Source: an uncultured bacterium (GTDB lineage Bacteria; Krumholzibacteriota; Krumholzibacteriia; Krumholzibacteriales; Krumholzibacteriaceae). From it: DNA of 64,000 bases. The notes under the pieces are model-generated. The model did no database searches. It was given only the letters and a program-made list of their open reading frames with translations, and had not been told where the DNA came from. The stretch's first letter is position 1; every line of letters begins with the position of its first letter. The stretch covers positions 224,001 through 288,000 of the forward strand of contig CAWBAN010000003.1 in the NCBI GenBank assembly GCA_963786935.1, read 5' to 3'. A program made the position numbers and the translations under genes. Shown one piece after another: positions 29,552-38,315 of this stretch.

Positions 29552-29628
29552 ACGAGCCTCCCGTCGAAAGCGGCCTATCTGTTATAATCGCAACGAGTTG
29601 TCGTGTAGTGCAAATCAGGCTGAAATAG

Positions 29629-29644
29629 TGCAAGGGTAATGCCA
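29629..29644 (-). promoter_or_regulatory. Sigma54 (-24/-12) promoter for the SPFH operon
   Basis: Minus strand TGGCATTACCCTTGCA, a close match to TGGCAC-N5-TTGCW. Confidence 0.65.
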
Positions 29645-29751
29645 ACGACGACAATTTCTTTCGGGAGACGGCGATGTGCGATATACTGCAGTCGGTCGCG
29701 GGCGGCGCGGGCGCGCCGTCCGGCCGGCGGCACGGAGGAAAGGAGTGCGGC

Positions 29752-30135
29752 ATGGGCATCTTCGCCTTGTCCGGAGTCGGAATCGTGATCATGTTCATCA
29801 TCCTGGTAATCGAGGGCGGGTTGCTCCTGTGGGCCGCGGCGAAGCTCGCGAAGGTGGAAGAGGCGAGCTTCGGCCGGGCGATGGCGGCGATCGTCGTCGG
29901 TTCGTTCGTTGAGGTGCTGTCCTATTTCCTCTTCAGCCTCATATCGTTCCTCGGCCACCTGTTCGGTTTCATTCTCGGGCTCATTCTCGTCATCCTCGTC
30001 ATCAAGCTGATTTTCAGGACGAGCTTCATGAAGGCGTTCATCGTGTGGATCTTCAACCTCCTCGCCGTGCTCGTGGCGATCATTCTCGCCAGCATGCTCA
30101 TGGCGAGCTCGCTGTTTCTGTCGCGCGGGATCTAG
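29752..30135 (+). CDS. Small 4-TM membrane protein
   Basis: SD AAGGAG; strongly hydrophobic 127 aa. Confidence 0.75.
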   Translation: MGIFALSGVGIVIMFIILVIEGGLLLWAAAKLAKVEEASFGRAMAAIVVGSFVEVLSYFLFSLISFLGHLFGFILGLILVILVIKLIFRTSFMKAFIVWIFNLLAVLVAIILASMLMASSLFLSRGI

Positions 30136-30141
30136 CGCGCC

Positions 30142-30163
30142 CGGGGGAACCGGCGTTCCCCCG
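30142..30163. terminator. Stem-loop after the membrane-protein gene
   Basis: CGGGGGAAC-cggc-GTTCCCCCG, 9-bp stem, no U tract. Confidence 0.35.
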
Positions 30164-30166
30164 CCG

Positions 30167-31159
30167 GTGAGGCCTCGCATGCTGAGAAACCTCGTGAGCG
30201 CTCATGACGCCGCCCTCCTCGTCGAGAGGGCGAGGCAGGGCCGCCTGCGCGAGATGATCGCGCGCGCGTCGAACCGGCGGGAAGCCGCCACGATGTCGTG
30301 GAACGCCGTGAGCGGCCCCCGCAAGAACTGGTGGGACATCCCCGCGGTCATGCGGCGCTGGAACACGTTGGTCTCGGGCGACCCCGACGTCGATTACCTC
30401 GCGCACGTGCTCGGCTCGCGCTTCGCGGGGCGGCGCTCGATGCGCGCGCTCTCCCTCGGGTGCGGGACGGGGCACCGGGAGATCGAGCTCGCGCGCAGCG
30501 GCGCGTTCGTCCGCATCGACGCGATCGACCGGTCGGCGGCGAGAATCGCGTACGCGCGCGAGCGCTCGCGCGAGGCGGGCCTCGGCGGCGTGATCGACTA
30601 CGCGGTCGGGGACGCCGCGCGGTTCGAGGCGCCGGCGGGCTCCTGCGACCTCGTCATCAGCGAGCAGTTTCTCCACCACGTCTCCGGTCTCGATTCGTTG
30701 CTCCCGCGGGTGCGGGACGCGCTGCGCGGCGACGGCTGCTTCCTCTTCAACGAGTACGTGGGCCCGTCCCGGTTCCAGTGGACCGATGCGCAGCTCGCCG
30801 CGGTGAACGCGATGCTCGACGAGCTGCCGGAGCGGTACCGCGTCCGGTGGAAGAGCGGAACGATCAAACGCCGGGTGCACCGGCCGGGGAGGCTCGCCAT
30901 GATGCTCTACGATCCCACCGAGGCGGTCTCGTCGGCGCGCATCGTTCCGCTCGTCCGCCGGACGTTCGAGGCGGTGGAGATCAGGGGATACGGCGGGTCG
31001 GTGCTGCCGCTCCTCTTCAGCGACATCGCGTTCAACTTCCTTTCCGAGAATCCCGAAACGCGGGAGCACCTCGAGCGCTGCTTCGCGCGGGAGGACGATC
31101 TCCTCGCGCGGGGAACGATCGCGCACGATTACGCCGTCGGCGTCTGCGGGCGGCGATAG
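30167..31159 (+). CDS. Class I SAM-dependent methyltransferase
   Basis: ALSLGCGTG, IDAIDRS, CDLVISEQFLHHV, EYVGPSRFQW. Confidence 0.85.
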   Translation: MRPRMLRNLVSAHDAALLVERARQGRLREMIARASNRREAATMSWNAVSGPRKNWWDIPAVMRRWNTLVSGDPDVDYLAHVLGSRFAGRRSMRALSLGCGTGHREIELARSGAFVRIDAIDRSAARIAYARERSREAGLGGVIDYAVGDAARFEAPAGSCDLVISEQFLHHVSGLDSLLPRVRDALRGDGCFLFNEYVGPSRFQWTDAQLAAVNAMLDELPERYRVRWKSGTIKRRVHRPGRLAMMLYDPTEAVSSARIVPLVRRTFEAVEIRGYGGSVLPLLFSDIAFNFLSENPETREHLERCFAREDDLLARGTIAHDYAVGVCGRR

Positions 31160-31264
31160 AATGCTTTACATCCCCCGTGCCGTCGTATATTTTCATTGCT
31201 CGATCGACGGGGGCGCGCCGGCGCCCACGACGCTCCCGATTCGCGCGTGACCGGAGACTCCCTC

Positions 31265-32434
31265 ATGGCAGATGAACATGCAAGCGCCCCGCAGGAGGCC
31301 CGCCGGAAGCTGAGGATCTGCGTTCTCATCCCGAAGCTGCGGATCGGCGGCGCCGAGATGCACGTGCTGTCGCTCCTCAAGCACATCGACAAGACCCGCT
31401 TCTCCGTTTCCCTGCTCTGTTTCACCGCGGGGAACGAGCGGATGGAGCGGGAGGCGGCGCGCTCCGTCGAATCCTTCGAGACGGTGCATTTCCGCTGGCG
31501 GCGGGCTCCCGTCTCTTTCGCCCGGATCGTCCGGTTTTTGCGGCGCGGGAGATTCGACGTCGTCCATTGCCATCTCGTGCTCGCCGATTCCGTGGGGAGG
31601 CTCGCGGGCTGGTGCGCCGGCGTCCCCGTCCGCGTGACGACCGAGCACGGCAAGCACCTCTGGAAGCCGCCGCTCCATCTTTTCTTCGAGCGGATGATCG
31701 CCCCCCTCACCGACGCGCGGATCTGCGTGAGCAGGGATATCATGGAAATCCGCCGGACCCGGGAGCGCACGCCGGCGAGCAAGCTCTTCTACATACCGAA
31801 CGGCGTCGACACCGCGGTCTTCGGCGCGGCGAAGCGGGATCGCGCCGGCGTCATGGCGGAGTTCGGGTGGGACGGCCCCGGCCCGCTCGTCGTCGCGGTC
31901 GGCCGCCTCGAGCCCGAGAAGCGCTACGATCTGCTCGTCCGCGCGGTCGGAAGCCTGTCGGCGCGTTTCCCGTCGATGCGGTGTCTCCTCGTCGGGGACG
32001 GACGCTGCCGGGCGGAGCTCGAGGCCGTCGTCGATTCGCTCGGCGTCGCGCACGCGGTGAAGCTCGCCGGCGCGCGCGACGACGTGAGCGATCTCCTCGG
32101 CGCCGCCGACATGTTCGTTCTCTCCTCGAGCAGGGAGGGGCTGCCCGTCTCGCTCCTCGAAGCGATGGCCGCGGGCACGGCGATCGTCGCGACCGCCGTC
32201 GGCGGCATTCCCGAAGCGATCCGCGATCGCGAGAGCGGTCTCCTCGTTCCCCCGGAGGACGCCGGCGCGCTCGCGGCCGCGATTCAATCGATCGCGGCGG
32301 ACCCGTCTCTCGGGGCGGCGCTCGGCCGCGCGGCGCGCGCGGACGCCGCGCGCGAGTACGCCATCGAACGCGTCGTCGGACGCATCGAGGATCTCTATCG
32401 CGATCTGTGCGAGCGCAAGGCGAAGCGGGCGTAG
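31265..32434 (+). CDS. GT4 family glycosyltransferase
   Basis: GGAEMH, DVVHCH, IPNGVD, VGRLEPEK, SSREGLPVSLLEAMAAG, VGGIPE. Confidence 0.92.
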   Translation: MADEHASAPQEARRKLRICVLIPKLRIGGAEMHVLSLLKHIDKTRFSVSLLCFTAGNERMEREAARSVESFETVHFRWRRAPVSFARIVRFLRRGRFDVVHCHLVLADSVGRLAGWCAGVPVRVTTEHGKHLWKPPLHLFFERMIAPLTDARICVSRDIMEIRRTRERTPASKLFYIPNGVDTAVFGAAKRDRAGVMAEFGWDGPGPLVVAVGRLEPEKRYDLLVRAVGSLSARFPSMRCLLVGDGRCRAELEAVVDSLGVAHAVKLAGARDDVSDLLGAADMFVLSSSREGLPVSLLEAMAAGTAIVATAVGGIPEAIRDRESGLLVPPEDAGALAAAIQSIAADPSLGAALGRAARADAAREYAIERVVGRIEDLYRDLCERKAKRA

Positions 32435-32474
32435 GCGCGCGGCCCGTCCGCCGGCGCGGAGCGAGAATTTCGCC

Positions 32475-32503
32475 TTGGATACGCCCGCTCCGTGCGCTAG
32501 AAT
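32475..32503 (+). promoter_or_regulatory. Sigma70-type promoter
   Basis: TTGGAT-17 bp-TAGAAT upstream of the ligase-PanD fusion gene. Confidence 0.5.
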
Positions 32504-32560
32504 GTGCGCCGCGGCATCGCGTGACCGGTTTCATTCCCCGGCGCCGCGAGAAGGAGCTTC

Positions 32561-34282
32561 ATGCTGAGCGCCCTCTATCCGCCGTTCGTGCGAAACGTCG
32601 TCTACCCCGTCTACCGGGGTCTCCGGGGAGACAAGATCATCGCGCTCCTCGAGACGCTGGAACGGGACCAGTGGCGATCGCCGCAGGAGATCGAGGAGCT
32701 GCGGTGGGCGCGGCTCGAGCGGCTGCTCTCGCAGATCGCGCTCTACGTTCCGTACTACCGGGAGCTCTTCGCGCGCGACGGGATCAAGCCGGAAGACGTC
32801 CAGGGCCCCGCCGATTTCCGCACAATCCCGCTCCTCTCGAAGGAGATCATCCGCGAGGCGGGAAGCCTCATGATCTCGCAGGACCCGGTGCGGCGGGGAC
32901 ACGCCTCCAGCACGGGAGGCTCGACGGGAGAGCCGCTCCGGTTCCACGTCGACGTCGCCGCGGGGCCGTTCCGGCGGGCCAACACGATCCGCTGCTACCG
33001 GCGCGCGGGCATCGACATCGGGGACCGGCAGGCGTTTCTCTGGGGCACGGCCCTCAATATTCCCGCCCGGGAGCGCGTCACCGGCGCGCTGAAGAACTAC
33101 TTCTACAACCACCTGTACCTTTCGACCTTCGACATGTCGGACGAGCGGATGTCCCGCTACGCGTCGCGCGTGCGGGACTTCAAGCCGCACTGCATCACCG
33201 CCTATCCGTCGGCGCTCGCGCTCTTCGCGGAGTTCTGCAAGGGGAGGGGTGTGGCCGACATCCGGCCCCGCGCGATCGTATCGAGCGGCGAACAGCTCTT
33301 CGACGGCCAGCGGGAGCTCATCGAGGCGGCGTTCCAGTGCCGCGTGTTCAACCGGTACGGGAGCAGGGAGTTCGGAAACGTCGCCCACGAATGCGGTGAG
33401 CATCGCGGGCTCCATATCATGAGCGATCTCTGCTACCTCGAGCTCGTCGCGGAGAACGGGGAGCCGGCGAAAAACGGGGAGATCGGCGAGATCGTCATCA
33501 CGGATCTTTTCAATTTCTACATGCCGTTCGTGCGGTACCGGACGGGGGATCTCGCCGTGTCGACGGGAAGAACGTGCCCGTGCGGGAGCGGGTTTCCGCT
33601 CCTCGAACGCGTCGAGGGGCGCTCCTTCGACGCGATCGTGACGCCGGACGGCAAGCGCGTCGGCGGATTCTTCTGGACCTGGCTCTCGCGCGCCGTGCCG
33701 GGGATCCGGCGATTCCAGGTCGAGCAGCGCGAGCGGAGCGGCGTCATGTTCCGGTTCGTCGCGGGGCCCGACTGGCGCGACGAGTACGAGCGCGAGCTCG
33801 AAAAGAAGATCAAGGAGAATTGCGGCGAGGGATTCCGCGTCGTCTTCGCGCGGGTCGACGATATCCCGCTCACGCCGTCGGGCAAATCGCGGTTCATCGT
33901 GTCGAACCTCGGCGACCGGCTGCTCGCGAAATCGAAGATCCACCGCGCCGTGGTCACGGGGGAGCGCGCCGAGCATCCGGACTGCCTCCTCATCGACGGC
34001 GAGCTCCTCGAGCGCAGCGATATCGCCGTGGGGGAGCACATTCTCATCGTCGACATCACGAGCGGGGAGCGCATCGAGACGTTCGCGGCGCGCGGGACGG
34101 CCGGGAGCGGCGAGATCGTCGCGTGCGGCGCCGCCGCGAAGCGGATCAAGGCCGGAGACCGGATCAGCATCATGGCCTTCACGTGGACGGACGGACCGGT
34201 CGAGCGATTCAGCAACATCCTCGTCGACGAGCACAACAGGTTCGTCCGCTATCTCTCCGAGACGCACGGCGAAATCGCGTAG
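32561..34282 (+). CDS. PaaK/CapK-family adenylate-forming ligase fused to a C-terminal degenerate PanD-like domain
   Basis: VPYYR, STGGSTGEP, AYPS, SSGE, YGSRE, MPFVRYRTGD, EGR, SGKSR; from about 33917, KSKIHRAVVT..NILVDEHN aligns end to end with aspartate 1-decarboxylase. Confidence 0.88.
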   Translation: MLSALYPPFVRNVVYPVYRGLRGDKIIALLETLERDQWRSPQEIEELRWARLERLLSQIALYVPYYRELFARDGIKPEDVQGPADFRTIPLLSKEIIREAGSLMISQDPVRRGHASSTGGSTGEPLRFHVDVAAGPFRRANTIRCYRRAGIDIGDRQAFLWGTALNIPARERVTGALKNYFYNHLYLSTFDMSDERMSRYASRVRDFKPHCITAYPSALALFAEFCKGRGVADIRPRAIVSSGEQLFDGQRELIEAAFQCRVFNRYGSREFGNVAHECGEHRGLHIMSDLCYLELVAENGEPAKNGEIGEIVITDLFNFYMPFVRYRTGDLAVSTGRTCPCGSGFPLLERVEGRSFDAIVTPDGKRVGGFFWTWLSRAVPGIRRFQVEQRERSGVMFRFVAGPDWRDEYERELEKKIKENCGEGFRVVFARVDDIPLTPSGKSRFIVSNLGDRLLAKSKIHRAVVTGERAEHPDCLLIDGELLERSDIAVGEHILIVDITSGERIETFAARGTAGSGEIVACGAAAKRIKAGDRISIMAFTWTDGPVERFSNILVDEHNRFVRYLSETHGEIA

Positions 34283-34346
34283 CGCGAGGGGCCGTTCTGT
34301 GCTATATTGTACGCCGTCCGAGGGGCTCGATTCGAAAGGATCGCGG

Positions 34347-34745
34347 GTGAAACGGCTTCTCCTGAAATCGATGATTGTGGGCGCGAAGGTCGTTCAGGCC
34401 GACCTGCGCTACGTCGGCAGCATCACGATCGACGAGGATCTCATCGAGAAGAGCAACCTGAGCCCGAACGAAAACGTCCTCGTCGTCGATCGGACGAACG
34501 GGATGCGTCTCGAGACGTACGTGATCAAGGGGGAGCGGGGGAGCGGCATGGTGTGCATGAACGGAGCCGCCGCCCACCTCATCGCCGAGGGAGACACGGT
34601 CGACATCATGGCGTTCGCGTGGTCGAGCGGGGACGCCCAGCCGCTCTTCATCGAGGTCGACGAGCGAAACCGCTTCCGCCGGTACATCGATGCGAGCGAC
34701 TCCCGGCCCGAGGCACGATTCCTTAACGTTCCGCCGCGCGCATGA
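34347..34745 (+). CDS. panD: Aspartate 1-decarboxylase-like proenzyme with an atypical N-terminus
   Basis: GTG 34347 behind AAAGGA; ADLRYVGSITID (Gly24-Ser25 cleavage site), NGMRLETY, NGAAAH; KIHR replaced by MIVG. Confidence 0.88.
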   Translation: MKRLLLKSMIVGAKVVQADLRYVGSITIDEDLIEKSNLSPNENVLVVDRTNGMRLETYVIKGERGSGMVCMNGAAAHLIAEGDTVDIMAFAWSSGDAQPLFIEVDERNRFRRYIDASDSRPEARFLNVPPRA

Positions 34746-35863
34746 TCCGGAGCAACTTTCATCTTTTCCGCCTCTTGGGGATTCCCGTCGAGGTCAATCT
34801 CAGCTGGCTCCTTATTCTCGCCCTCATGACGTGGTCGTTCGCCACGGGCTGGTACGCGGAGCTCCTGCCGGACGGCACCAAGACGCAGCTGTGGTCGCTC
34901 GGATTCCTGACGTCGATCCTGCTGTTCGTCTCGATCCTGCTCCACGAGTTCAGCCACTCGGTCGTCGCGGCGAAGAACGGCCTGCCGATACGCAAGATCA
35001 CGCTGTTCCTCTTCGGCGGCGTGGCGCAGATGGAGCGCGACGTCGACGATCCGGTCCTCGAGCTCAAGATGGCGGCGGCCGGCCCCGCGATGTCGGTGCT
35101 GCTCGCCGCGCTGTTCTTCGGGATCTCGAGGCTCGTCGCCGACCGCCCGCTCCCGTTTGTGCTCGCCCAGAGCCTCTATCGCATCAACCTCATCGTGCTC
35201 GCGTTCAACATGGTGCCGGGATTCCCGCTCGACGGCGGCCGGATCCTCCGCGCCGCGATCTGGAAGAAGACGGGGAACGTTCAGAAAGCGACACGCATCG
35301 CGAGCCGCGTCGGCGGCGCCTTCGCGATCATCCTCATGGTGTACGGCGTGTTCAATTTCTTCGTCGGGCAGCTGATCGGCGGGATCTGGCTCATCTTCAT
35401 CGGATATTTCCTGCGGCAGGCGGCTCAATCGGGCTATCTCCTCGTCACGCTCCGGCAGACCCTCGGGAATCTGAAGGTGTCGGACGTCATGCGCTCGCCG
35501 GTGATCACGGTGGATGCGGCGCTGAGCCTCCGGCGGCTCGTCGACGAGTATTTCCTCCGGTACCACTACGGATCGTTTCCCGTGCTCGAGGGCGGTACCC
35601 TCGCCGGCATGGTGGCGCTCAAGGACGTGAAGCAGGTCGAGATGGAGGACTGGGAGCAGGCGACGGTGGCGGACATCGCGGACCGGGAGATCGCGCGGTA
35701 CGCGCTCCGCCGGGACTATCCCGCGGAGACGCTCCTCAACCTGATCATGAAAAAAGGCTACAGCCGCCTGCCCGTGGTCGACGGCGAGGGCAAAGTGGTA
35801 GGAATCGTGTCGCGCCGCGACCTCATGGAGACGATAAAGATGATGGCTTATTTGGAGGAATGA
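34742..35863 (+). CDS. Site-2 protease (M50) with tandem CBS domains
   Basis: HEFSH, LFGGVA, AAGP, FNMVPGFPLDGG, then a CBS pair. Confidence 0.92.
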   Translation: MIRSNFHLFRLLGIPVEVNLSWLLILALMTWSFATGWYAELLPDGTKTQLWSLGFLTSILLFVSILLHEFSHSVVAAKNGLPIRKITLFLFGGVAQMERDVDDPVLELKMAAAGPAMSVLLAALFFGISRLVADRPLPFVLAQSLYRINLIVLAFNMVPGFPLDGGRILRAAIWKKTGNVQKATRIASRVGGAFAIILMVYGVFNFFVGQLIGGIWLIFIGYFLRQAAQSGYLLVTLRQTLGNLKVSDVMRSPVITVDAALSLRRLVDEYFLRYHYGSFPVLEGGTLAGMVALKDVKQVEMEDWEQATVADIADREIARYALRRDYPAETLLNLIMKKGYSRLPVVDGEGKVVGIVSRRDLMETIKMMAYLEE

Positions 35864-35864
35864 T

Positions 35865-36029
35865 TTATAGTTCCGGTGCCTCGGGAAACTCCTCGACTTC
35901 CTCCTCGAGAATGACGTTCACCACTCCGTACTTCTTGGTCTTTTTTTCAAGCATTCCCCGCTGCTTGTTCTTGGGATCCGGTTCCGGCCGGCTGTTCTTC
36001 TTCTTTCTGGGGACTGGCCTGCGCTTCAA
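35865..36029 (-). CDS. Small charged hypothetical protein (54 aa)
   Basis: TTG 36029 behind AGGAGAGG; upstream extended -10 TGTTATAAT (36098-36106); basic N-half, acidic C-half. Alternative GTG start at 36059. Confidence 0.55.
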   Translation of the reverse strand: MKRRPVPRKKKNSRPEPDPKNKQRGMLEKKTKKYGVVNVILEEEVEEFPEAPEL

Positions 36030-36201
36030 TTTCCAACCTCTCCTTTCTTCGTGCTCCACCCTTTCGCGTTAAAGTCGAAAGGAAACCGGTTAAGGGAATT
36101 ATAACAAAACCCCCACCGATTTTCACTACTTTGCAAAAAATATGACAATTTCACGCCGGACGGACGGGAGGGGGGCGAAAGGGGGGGCCGCTCGCGCGGA
36201 T

Positions 36202-36231
36202 AGAAAGAGGCCGCCGGCAGCCGGCGGCCTC
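36202..36231 (-). terminator. Probable intrinsic terminator of the S9/AKR operon
   Basis: 11-bp stem GAGGCCGCCGG/CCGGCGGCCTC with a 3-nt loop, followed by TTTCT on the minus strand. Confidence 0.6.
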
Positions 36232-36264
36232 GACGCGGTCGTTTCGCGACGGACGGGGAGCGGA

Positions 36265-37026
36265 TCATTGTGCCGGCGGCCGGTACTCCTCGAAGATCGC
36301 GTCGTCGATCTCGACGTCGAACGAGACCTCCTTCCAGAGGAACTCGGTCGTCAATGTGCCGCCGTCGTAGACGCGCACGTGATACGGCGTCAGGCGTCCG
36401 GCGTCCTTCCGGTAGTCGTCGAAGATGTAAACCCGGTTTCCCTTGTTCTCGATGCGCCGCTTCAGAATGTGCGTCTTCGCGTCCACGTCGAAGAGGATCG
36501 TGTCCCCCTTGAGCACGCAGCCGACCCGCGCGAGGTTCGCGTCGGGCAGGAGCGTGTCGGGCGGGGCCGGGGGCGCCGTGAAGAACGTGTCGCACGCGGC
36601 GAGATAGAACGCGATGCCGTCGACGCGGTCGAGGAGCGTCTTGAGGCTCGCCGTCGTTTGCGGATTGCGCCCCGCGTTGAGATTCGCCATCGACCACGCG
36701 TCGCCGCCGTTGTAGTAGTAGGCGCGGAAGAACGGATGACCGTACGCGCTGTTGTCCCGGTCGATTTTGAGCTTGTCGGGCTTCTTCACGAAGCGGCTGT
36801 AATCAGCCCGCAGCGTGCCCCATCCTTCGGTGTTCCACGCGATCTCGAGCCCCTTCTCGACGCGCGTCGTCCAGGTCTTGTCCTCCCCGAGCGCCTTCGA
36901 GGCCTTCTCGAGCAGGCTCTTGCCGGGATCGGCGGGGGCGCTCGACAAAGCCGACGCGAGCCCGGCCGCGCCGAGGACGGCGCAGGCCGCGGCGACGGCG
37001 AGCAGGGCCGTCGCCGGCCGTTTCAT
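36265..37026 (-). CDS. Secreted hypothetical protein, LolA-like fold possible
   Basis: Signal peptide; KPDKLKID, YNGGDAW, FDDYRKDAG..PY, DVEIDDAIF. Confidence 0.65.
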   Translation of the reverse strand: MKRPATALLAVAAACAVLGAAGLASALSSAPADPGKSLLEKASKALGEDKTWTTRVEKGLEIAWNTEGWGTLRADYSRFVKKPDKLKIDRDNSAYGHPFFRAYYYNGGDAWSMANLNAGRNPQTTASLKTLLDRVDGIAFYLAACDTFFTAPPAPPDTLLPDANLARVGCVLKGDTILFDVDAKTHILKRRIENKGNRVYIFDDYRKDAGRLTPYHVRVYDGGTLTTEFLWKEVSFDVEIDDAIFEEYRPPAQ

Positions 37027-37059
37027 TCTCGAAATTCCTTTCATCGATCCCTCCTCGTG

Positions 37060-38295
37060 TCAGGCGGTGAGCTCTTCGTGCGCCGCCAGCAGTTTCGAGC
37101 GAATCGCGAGGCGGTGCGGGCAATTCGCTTCGCACGGCCCGCCGCAGGAGGCGCACCGCTCGGCGCTCCGCTCGCGCGGGAGCTTTCGGTAGAGCGACAT
37201 GGCGTGCTTCTCCTCGCCGTAGTTTCCGAAGTAGAGCCGGTAGCGAAGGATGTCCGCGATCGGCACGCCGTTCGGGCACGCCGCGACGCAGCCGGCGCAG
37301 CCGGGCCTGCAGTAATCGCGGTCGAGGAGCGTCCCGTAGCCCTTGAGCGCCTTCTTCTCCTCGGGGGTGAGCTCGGGCCTGCCGGAGGCCGCGACGAATT
37401 CGTCGATCATCTCGACGCTGCGCATCGTGATCGAAACGCAGTCGATGCCCGGCTGCGCGAGCATCCACTTGATGACGGCCTGGCGCACCGTGGCGCCATC
37501 CTTCATGAACGGCTTGTAGTCGATTTTGCGCGCCGCGGCGAGGCTCTTCATGGCGACGACGGCCACCCCTTTCGCCTTCGCCTTCGCGAGGACGGGCTCG
37601 AGACCGTTCGTCATGAAGTTCATGCCGGGCATGATCATATCGATCGGCGTGTTGTCGATGAGCCAGTCGAAGTCTTCGACCATGCGGGGGCCGTGAGAGC
37701 TCGCGCCCCAGAACTTGATCTTCCCGTCCTTCTTCGCCTTTTCGAAGGCCTCGACGACCGCCGGATTCTTGATCTTGTCGGGCTCGCTCAGCTTCGGGTC
37801 CTCGCCGACCGAATGAATGAGGGCGCAATCGAGCCGTTCCATATTGAGCCGCGTTCTGCTCTCGTCGATCGCCGTCTCGATCTCGGCGGCGGTCGTTTTC
37901 GTCGTGAAGAGCTCGGGGACGAGCTTCGTCGTGATGAAGAGCTTCTCGCGTTTCTCGCGGGGGAGCTTCCCGAGGACGAGCTCCATATCGTAGTACTGGC
38001 GCGCCGTGTCGACGTAGTTGATGCCGCGCTCCATGGCGTACTCGAGGAGGGACGTGTCCTGGATCATCGCGTTCCCGAATCCGAGGTCCGAGGTCTTCCA
38101 CGCGGTCCGCCCGAGATCGCGAAAATCCTTGATCGAGGGCTTCGCGGCCGCCGCCGCGCCCGCCTGCGCCGCCGCTCCTTTCTCCTGCGCCCGGAGGCCT
38201 TTCGCCCCGGAGAGACCGATGCCGATTCCCGCGATAGAGGCCACGGTCCGCCCGATGAACGATCTGCGGGAAAGCTCCTTGCCGTTCTCCTTCAT
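37060..38295 (-). CDS. Aldo/keto reductase with Tat signal and C-terminal 4Fe-4S
   Basis: ATG 38295 behind GGAGG; SRRSFIG; YVDTARQY, ITTK, LIHS, WGASSH, VAMK; CRPGCAGCVAACP, CASCGGPCEANCP. Confidence 0.88.
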   Translation of the reverse strand: MKENGKELSRRSFIGRTVASIAGIGIGLSGAKGLRAQEKGAAAQAGAAAAAKPSIKDFRDLGRTAWKTSDLGFGNAMIQDTSLLEYAMERGINYVDTARQYYDMELVLGKLPREKREKLFITTKLVPELFTTKTTAAEIETAIDESRTRLNMERLDCALIHSVGEDPKLSEPDKIKNPAVVEAFEKAKKDGKIKFWGASSHGPRMVEDFDWLIDNTPIDMIMPGMNFMTNGLEPVLAKAKAKGVAVVAMKSLAAARKIDYKPFMKDGATVRQAVIKWMLAQPGIDCVSITMRSVEMIDEFVAASGRPELTPEEKKALKGYGTLLDRDYCRPGCAGCVAACPNGVPIADILRYRLYFGNYGEEKHAMSLYRKLPRERSAERCASCGGPCEANCPHRLAIRSKLLAAHEELTA

Positions 38296-38315
38296 CCTCC
38301 ACCTTCCTTTCGCCG

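Noticed and set aside
36165..36188. G-rich tract as a G-quadruplex or phase-variable homopolymer
   Set aside because: Short intergenic G runs are expected at this GC level, and the tract is not within a promoter spacer or CDS.
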